A DNA stretch of 64,000 bases from an uncultured bacterium (GTDB lineage: Bacteria; Babelota; Babeliae; Babelales; Babelaceae). Below are positions 57,785 to 64,000 of the stretch, one piece after another (the stretch's first letter is position 1; each line of letters starts with the position of its first letter). The DNA is taken from NCBI GenBank assembly GCA_963717435.1, contig OY970332.1, positions 256,001-320,000 of the forward strand. Reading direction: 5' to 3'. The translations under genes and the position numbers were made by a program. Under the pieces are notes generated by a model. It was not told the DNA's origin, searched no databases, and was given only the letters and a program-made list of their open reading frames with translations.

Positions 57785-59188
57785 TCAATTTATTTTGCTA
57801 GATTGACCCAAAACATTGCAAGTAAATCCAATATTTCTTAAATCCTCATGGGGTAAAATATTTCTTGTATCAAAAATTATTGGCTGATTCATAACGGAAT
57901 AGATATTTTCAGCATCTAAAGTTTTAAATTCATCCCATTCTGTTAAAACAACAAGCATATCTGCATCTTGAGCTGCTTCGACGACATTAGGACAATAATC
58001 TATATTGGGAATAATTTTTTGCATATTGATCATAGCTATCGGGTCATATGCTTTTACTATGGCCCCTTTTTTTAATAATTCTTGAATTACTGTAATTGCT
58101 GAAGATTCTCTAACATCATCTGTGTTAGCTTTAAAAGCTAAACCTAAAATTGAGATGGTTTTGTTGTTTACGTCACCGCTTAATATTGAACATATGCGCT
58201 CGACAACCCGAAGTTTTTGAAGTTCATTAGTATCAATAGCGGCCCTAACTACACTTAAATTTACGCCTACTTCTTCTGCCGATTTTAATAAAGCATGTGT
58301 ATCTTTGGGAAAACACGAACCACCAAATCCTGGGCCCGGCTTTAAAAATTGATGTCCAATTCTCTTATCAAGTCCCATGCCACGAGAAAGATCTTCGCAA
58401 TTAGCCCCCACCTTTTCACATAGGTTAGCCAACTCATTTATGTATGATATCTTAACCGCAAGAAAACCATTAGAGGCATATTTTATTGCCTCAGCTGTCA
58501 CAATATCTGTAGCTAAAAATGGCACTTTGTTTTCTATTAATGGCGCGTATAAATTTTGCATGATTTCTTTTGATTGAGTTGTATCCGATCCAATCACAAT
58601 TCGATCAGGATTAAAAAAATCAAAAACCGCGCTTCCTTCGCGCAAAAATTCTGGATTTGAAACTACTGTAACCAGATCAAGAACATTTTTTTCTTTCATT
58701 ATAGATTTAATTCGATTTCCTGTTCCAATAGGTACCGTACTTTTTGTGCAAACTATTTTGGGGGAGTTTATATTATCAGCTATTGTATTTGCAACAGCCA
58801 ATATTTGGGAGATATCAGCTTTTCCATCGGAAGATTGCGGTGTTCCAACGGCTAAAAAAATTATCTCAGAAGCTTGTATCGCCCCTTCAAGATCATAAGT
58901 GAATTCCAGCTTTTGCGCCGCAACATTTTTTTTAATTAATTCAGTTAATCCCGGTTCATAAATTGGTATGATCCCTTGTTGTAATCTATGGGCAACCTGT
59001 TTTCGTGTTATTTTCTCTTCATCAATATCGGCACATATTACAGTATGCCCGAGTTCTGCTAGTCCAGTACCCAAAACTAAACCCACATATCCGGTTCCCA
59101 AGATAGTGACTTTGTAGCTATTTTCTAAAGAAAATATATTTGAGCTTTGAAATAATAATAAAACACCAAAAATAAAATTCTTTAACAT
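57785..59188 (-). CDS. ugd: UDP-glucose 6-dehydrogenase with signal-like N-terminus
   Basis: GTGYVGL, IYEPGL, AVGTP, KSTVPIG, SNPEFLREG, GFGGSCFPKD, GLAFKANTDDVRES. Confidence 0.95.
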   Translation of the reverse strand: MLKNFIFGVLLLFQSSNIFSLENSYKVTILGTGYVGLVLGTGLAELGHTVICADIDEEKITRKQVAHRLQQGIIPIYEPGLTELIKKNVAAQKLEFTYDLEGAIQASEIIFLAVGTPQSSDGKADISQILAVANTIADNINSPKIVCTKSTVPIGTGNRIKSIMKEKNVLDLVTVVSNPEFLREGSAVFDFFNPDRIVIGSDTTQSKEIMQNLYAPLIENKVPFLATDIVTAEAIKYASNGFLAVKISYINELANLCEKVGANCEDLSRGMGLDKRIGHQFLKPGPGFGGSCFPKDTHALLKSAEEVGVNLSVVRAAIDTNELQKLRVVERICSILSGDVNNKTISILGLAFKANTDDVRESSAITVIQELLKKGAIVKAYDPIAMINMQKIIPNIDYCPNVVEAAQDADMLVVLTEWDEFKTLDAENIYSVMNQPIIFDTRNILPHEDLRNIGFTCNVLGQSSKIN

Positions 59189-59210
59189 TTTTTACTCCCA
59201 AAAAATTATT

Positions 59211-60845
59211 CTAAATTTTTTTATTAAAATTATCAGCGAAAAAGCTAAAAGTTTTTTCCAGTCCCTCCTGAAGTTTGATTTTTGGATTAAAGCCTAAAAT
59301 TTGCGCGGCTTTTGTAATATCTGGGCGTCTCATTTTAGGGTCAGTTGGATCAAACTGTGGAATTTCTATTATACTCGCGGGCTTGGATGAAAATGTTTGA
59401 ACCAAGTCATTTAAGCAATGAGCCAGTTCGTAGATAGTAAATTCTTCGGGATTTCCCAAATTAAATACGCGATCCTGTATATCTATTTTTTTTGCAATAT
59501 CTTCACAACTTATTAATTTTAACATGCCGTCTATTAAATCTGATACATAAGCAAAACTCCTTGTTTGTTTACCGTCACCATAAACTTCCATCGGTTTATT
59601 TTGCAATACAGCTTTAATAAAATTGGTTACAACGCGCCCGTCATTTAGGTCCATGCCCGGACCATAAGTGTTAAATATTCGTGCAATTCTTACATCTAAC
59701 TTATATTTGTCATAATATAATTTTATTAATGTCTCTGCACCCCGTTTTGACATATCATACTGTGATCTTTTTCCTATTGGGCTCACTCTGCCCCAATAGG
59801 TCTCAAATTGTGGGTTAACTTCAGGATCTCCATATGTTTCAGAAGTAGAGGCCATCACATATTGCGCTTTTTTTCTTACGGCTAACTCTAATGTTTCCCT
59901 TGTTGCATGAAGACCACTTTGTAAGGTCTCTATCGGCAAATTATAATAAGAAGCCGGGCTTGGAACAGATGCAAAATGAAGAACTGAATCTATGTCACCG
60001 ATTACATCAAAACTCTGAGCAACATCAAATTTTTCAAAATAAAAATTTTTGCTTTCTAATAAGTCTTGAATATTTTCTCCAGAACAACAAGATAAGTTAT
60101 CTAAACCAATAACCTGGTGCCCGTCACGTAAAAGGGCCCGTGATAAATGGCTGCCCAAAAATCCAGCGGCCCCAGCAATTACATATCTTTTTTTATTTTT
60201 TTCAAGCTCTGGCAATTTTGCATCTATTATTTTAGTTTTAAATTTTTCTGGTTCAAAGCTTATTAATTCTAAGCTGTATTTATTAATTTTTGTATTTATA
60301 AAATTTAAATTATCAAACTCAAATATACGTTTTTGAATATTCTCTTCGGGCGTTTTGCACGAATCAACTATCTTTTTTGATAATAAATCTTGAATCGCAG
60401 CAACTATATTTTCTTCAGCTAACTCAACACTTTTTTGAGTATTATTTTTTATTTGAACTATTCTAGCATCTATATTCCCAAGTTTATTAAATCTGAAATA
60501 GGCGCTTGCCCAGGCAAGGGCAACCCGCGCACCCTCCAGCCAAGGGGCATTATCATTTAACTGATAGACATGTTCAAGTACCTCAGGTATCACCAAAATA
60601 AATTTCAGATTATTTTCTTTGCAATATTCTAAAACCTGGGGCAACTCGAACGCCGCTTGTGAGAAAATTTGCGAGCCATCTTTATTATTAAGATAATTTT
60701 GGGGTAAAAGATCTATAAAAACCACGGCAGATTGTTGATTATCTTGATAAAGATAAAAGTCGTTTTCAAAACTGCAAAATGATAATTTATTAAGTATCAA
60801 ATAAAAAAGAAATAGATTAAATCTAGGAAAAATTATTTTACTCAT
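59211..60845 (-). CDS. UDP-glucuronate decarboxylase (UDP-xylose synthase) with ~220-aa N-terminal extension and signal-like N-terminus
   Basis: AGAAGFLGSHL, ASTSETYGDP, YWGRVSPIG.RSQYDMSKR, RIFNTYGP, DGRVVTNF, QTRSFAYVSDL, DPKMRRPDI. Confidence 0.88.
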   Translation of the reverse strand: MSKIIFPRFNLFLFYLILNKLSFCSFENDFYLYQDNQQSAVVFIDLLPQNYLNNKDGSQIFSQAAFELPQVLEYCKENNLKFILVIPEVLEHVYQLNDNAPWLEGARVALAWASAYFRFNKLGNIDARIVQIKNNTQKSVELAEENIVAAIQDLLSKKIVDSCKTPEENIQKRIFEFDNLNFINTKINKYSLELISFEPEKFKTKIIDAKLPELEKNKKRYVIAGAAGFLGSHLSRALLRDGHQVIGLDNLSCCSGENIQDLLESKNFYFEKFDVAQSFDVIGDIDSVLHFASVPSPASYYNLPIETLQSGLHATRETLELAVRKKAQYVMASTSETYGDPEVNPQFETYWGRVSPIGKRSQYDMSKRGAETLIKLYYDKYKLDVRIARIFNTYGPGMDLNDGRVVTNFIKAVLQNKPMEVYGDGKQTRSFAYVSDLIDGMLKLISCEDIAKKIDIQDRVFNLGNPEEFTIYELAHCLNDLVQTFSSKPASIIEIPQFDPTDPKMRRPDITKAAQILGFNPKIKLQEGLEKTFSFFADNFNKKI

Positions 60846-61054
60846 TAAATCTCTCTTATTTTAATTTTGAACAGGCCAACTAAAATATTTTCTTCAAGAT
60901 ACAATTTCCTACCATAATTTTTCAATATGTTTTTAAAAAAAATATTTTTTTGATATTAATATTTTTTTAAATGGATTTGTTGAAATTTGGGCTGAATTTC
61001 ACGAACAATGGAACGCTAATATTTTGTTTTTTAATGAAAATGTTAAATAAAGCG

Positions 61055-61078
61055 TTCACCGGACTAAAATCCGGTGAA
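61055..61078 (-). terminator. Hairpin downstream of 61095 ORF
   Basis: TTCACCGGA-CTAAAA-TCCGGTGAA. Confidence 0.55.
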
Positions 61079-61094
61079 TCGCGCTAAATTTCGA

Positions 61095-62096
61095 CTATAT
61101 TTGCGATTTTTGTAAATAATAATATATTCGAGGATCACTGTATGATCTTTCTAATACATTATTAAAATGGAGATAAGCGCGTTTGCCAATTTGTTCTCCT
61201 AGACACATCAATCCGGACCAAAGTTCATGGTGAAATTCAGGATCTTTATAGTGATTCATACCCTCGCACAGCTTTTTTAAAAACTCTTTTTCAGGTCCAT
61301 CAACTTTTGAGATAATCAATTCAGCTTCAATTACTTCATCATTGGTATAATTTGAACCGTCGAATAAGCGGCTAACTGTGCAAGCTTTAACAATTGGCGA
61401 AAAATCAACCGCATATTTGGTTTTATCATAAGCAAGAAGCATATCCCCTACAAGATAAAAAACAAATTTTGAATTTATCTCTAAAAGATTAGAACACACA
61501 TCTTGAACAGTTGGATAAGCCCAGCAGCCAATAAATTCTTTATCATCTATTTTTGTTCCAAAGCCACGAATATCATCGACAATAATTACGCAATTTTCTG
61601 TTTTACTATTTTTAATTGCGTTAATTTCTTTTCTTATTGCAGTTATTCCATCTCCGGAATCAGGCCCCTCTTTATCCACAGCTGTCCCTTGCCCACAATA
61701 ATGGGCATCTAGAAAAAATAAGACATTTTTATTTTTTTCTAAATCGGGTAGCAAAGTTTTAAATATTTCTGCAGAACTTCCCTCATATACAAATATCTTC
61801 TTATTATGTTGAAATTTATTTTTCGCCTCCGAAAACATTTTTTTATCGAGTTCTATAGTGTGAACTTCGTTAAATATCTTAGAAGCGATTTCCGTTGTTC
61901 CACCATTATAAGTTCCAGATTCTACAAAAATATCTATATTAAATATTTTTTTCATCTGATTTAAAAAATCTGCATCTAAAGAACCTTCGGCAGTTTTGTG
62001 GCTAGTAAAAAGAATTTTTTCTGCACATATTATATTAATATTAAGCAGTAACAATAATTTAACCAACGCTTTTATAGTTATATTTTTTTTCATCAT
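61095..62096 (-). CDS. SAM-dependent methyltransferase-like protein with signal-like N-terminus
   Basis: FVESGTYNG, VHTIEL, EGSS, FFLDAH, IIVDD. Confidence 0.75.
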   Translation of the reverse strand: MMKKNITIKALVKLLLLLNINIICAEKILFTSHKTAEGSLDADFLNQMKKIFNIDIFVESGTYNGGTTEIASKIFNEVHTIELDKKMFSEAKNKFQHNKKIFVYEGSSAEIFKTLLPDLEKNKNVLFFLDAHYCGQGTAVDKEGPDSGDGITAIRKEINAIKNSKTENCVIIVDDIRGFGTKIDDKEFIGCWAYPTVQDVCSNLLEINSKFVFYLVGDMLLAYDKTKYAVDFSPIVKACTVSRLFDGSNYTNDEVIEAELIISKVDGPEKEFLKKLCEGMNHYKDPEFHHELWSGLMCLGEQIGKRAYLHFNNVLERSYSDPRIYYYLQKSQI

Positions 62097-62125
62097 TAGC
62101 TTTCCCTAAATAATTTATATAAAAC

Positions 62126-63010
62126 TTAAAGTGGCCTATATGGAGGCAGACTTCGAATGTGGTCATCCATGCGTTTTTGCAAATCAACATCTTTTTTATG
62201 ATCACTAATTGGGTTCATGTCGTTATAAGTGTAAAGAACCTTTGAGATAAATCTAAAATGTCCCCTACTTGCCATTTCTATCATAGGCACCCAGGTTGCC
62301 ATATCACCAGTCATCTGCAAAAATTCTCCATTTATCATTAAATCTTCTTTTTTTATTCTTTTGAATAGCCATGCCCTGCAAGTTCTTAGGTGAGATGGGA
62401 TATGTTTATACCCTCTGAAAAAATTATTCTTATAAACATCTTCTGGCATAGCACGGCAAAAGCCAACTTGTCCGTTAGAAAGATGTTTAAACTGACCGTA
62501 GGTTAACCAAACATTTGGGTCACTATAAACTTCATTTAAATATTTGAAAACTCCCGTGTTGGCCAGTCCGTCGTCTCCATCAACAATAATAATAATATCA
62601 TTATCATTGCATTTCATGATTTCTTCATACTGGTTTTGAAGGGCACCCAATCTTTTTGTATTTGTCCTATACTTGAATTTCGGCCACAAATTTTTCTGAT
62701 TTACATAAGTACGTATAACGTCCTGTTGACCGTCAGTTGAATTATCATCTACATATCTAATTTCATAATTAGAATAATCCTGTGCAAAAATAGTTTTTAA
62801 GCTCCACAAACATGTTACGTGTTGGCCAAGTTGGTCCGTTCTAAAAATTCTATTGTTATTATAAGATGCCATTATAACAACAATTTTTTGCTCCGGTATA
62901 TTCTTGGTACTATCGGCTGAAAAGAGATTAAAAATTGAAAAAATCGATAAGATAGGCCAGAAGAGCGCCGTGATGTAAAAACGCTTTGTATATAATTTTA
63001 AATGCAACAT
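62126..63010 (-). CDS. GT2 glycosyltransferase with hydrophobic N-terminus
   Basis: MASYNN, YVDDNSTD, VDGDD, WLTYGQF, SHLRT; paralog of adjacent ORF. Confidence 0.88.
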   Translation of the reverse strand: MLHLKLYTKRFYITALFWPILSIFSIFNLFSADSTKNIPEQKIVVIMASYNNNRIFRTDQLGQHVTCLWSLKTIFAQDYSNYEIRYVDDNSTDGQQDVIRTYVNQKNLWPKFKYRTNTKRLGALQNQYEEIMKCNDNDIIIIVDGDDGLANTGVFKYLNEVYSDPNVWLTYGQFKHLSNGQVGFCRAMPEDVYKNNFFRGYKHIPSHLRTCRAWLFKRIKKEDLMINGEFLQMTGDMATWVPMIEMASRGHFRFISKVLYTYNDMNPISDHKKDVDLQKRMDDHIRSLPPYRPL

Positions 63011-63031
63011 TGTCTACCTCAAAATTAATTA

Positions 63032-64000
63032 TTACGGTTTACTTTCTAGCGGAGTATAAATTGGCAACTCGTGACGTATATAAAGATCTATGGCACGCTG
63101 CATAGACTTATTTACTCTGTGATCACTTATTGGGTTAGAGTCGTTATACCAATACAAAACATCAGGTATAAATCTAAAATGTCCCTTGCTTGCCATTTCC
63201 ATCATGGGCAACATTAAAGCCATGTCATAGGTCATGGGGAAATAGTCGCCTATATAATTTTTGTCAGGGGTATTAATCCTTTTACCTAGTTCTACAGTAA
63301 CTTTAAGATGTTCTGGTTTTATTCTTTTTGCCAACCAAGCCTTGAACGTTCGCAAATGGGTAGGAATCGTCGGATGGAATCTAAAAGTATTTGCAAGAAC
63401 GACACCTTGCGGCATTTCCTTGTTAAATCCAAGTTCGCCACTATGAAGTTCTTTGTATTGTCCGTAAGTTATCCAGACGTTTTTATCTTTATATACTTCG
63501 TTCAGAAATTGCAAAACCTTGGGATGAGCCAGTCCATCGTCGCCATCCAAAATTAATATTATATCTTCGTCTTTACAGCTATTTATTGCTTCCCACAAAT
63601 TATGCAAAGCAAGCTTTCTCGTCTCATTAATTTGTACGGATATTTTGTGTCCCATATCATGTTGATTGACGTACTCGTTAACATAGTAACCTGTTCTATC
63701 AGGAGATTTGTCATCTATTACTTTCATCTCCCAAGTAAAATCCCCGCCTTCCTGTAGCATTACCGTCTTTATATTAAACTCACAGGTTCTCATCTTATAT
63801 GGAACACCAGGGACATCTATAAAGCCGGCATTTTTGTAAGACGGGGTGATAATCACAAAGTGATTTTTTTCAAGATTTTTATCAAACACCCGACTTGGTT
63901 CTTCCAAATTGAATTCAGGATTTTTCTGAGCATCGAGCTGACCAGCGGAATCTCTGCCGTGCAAATTGGATTCAGGATCTTGTTGAACAGCACATTGCTC
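63032..64000 (-). CDS. GT2 glycosyltransferase (5' end beyond window)
   Basis: TPSYKN, IDDKSPD, LDGDD, WITYGQY, THLRT; frame stays open to the window edge. Confidence 0.88.
   Translation of the reverse strand, partial: EQCAVQQDPESNLHGRDSAGQLDAQKNPEFNLEEPSRVFDKNLEKNHFVIITPSYKNAGFIDVPGVPYKMRTCEFNIKTVMLQEGGDFTWEMKVIDDKSPDRTGYYVNEYVNQHDMGHKISVQINETRKLALHNLWEAINSCKDEDIILILDGDDGLAHPKVLQFLNEVYKDKNVWITYGQYKELHSGELGFNKEMPQGVVLANTFRFHPTIPTHLRTFKAWLAKRIKPEHLKVTVELGKRINTPDKNYIGDYFPMTYDMALMLPMMEMASKGHFRFIPDVLYWYNDSNPISDHRVNKSMQRAIDLYIRHELPIYTPLESKP

Overview
64 kb from an AT-rich bacterium (genetic code 11). The gene content (many signal-peptide orphans, ankyrin/F-box-like and cPLA2-like proteins, Chlamydia-type Tgt) suggests a protist-associated intracellular lineage such as Ca. 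Dependentiae/Babelota (TM6); this is inference, not a database result. 1-45 kb: housekeeping genes (murG, PBP1A, rnpB, gpsA, uppS, yhhQ-tgt, TrmH family, mraY, mnmG, lgt, dnaG, rpoD, tamB, gspE, bamD, yraN, cdsA) interspersed with putative secreted effectors. Two things stand out. (1) From 45.3 kb to the end lies a glycan-biosynthesis cluster in which all 17 complete genes start with a signal-peptide-like N-terminus, including normally cytoplasmic NAD- and SAM-dependent enzymes (Ugd, Uxs, RmlB, eukaryote-type NRS/ER, O-methyltransferases); this suggests an exported or membrane-anchored glycosylation pathway. (2) A ~60-nt GC-rich palindromic element has 11 copies in 2.4-44.6 kb, shows compensatory stem covariation, nests inside itself, and sits in frame inside three housekeeping proteins (GpsA, TrmH family, MnmG), like Rickettsia palindromic elements. 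rpoD and gspE carry multiple single-base indels, most likely assembly errors. No rRNA, tRNA, CRISPR or transposase was recognised.
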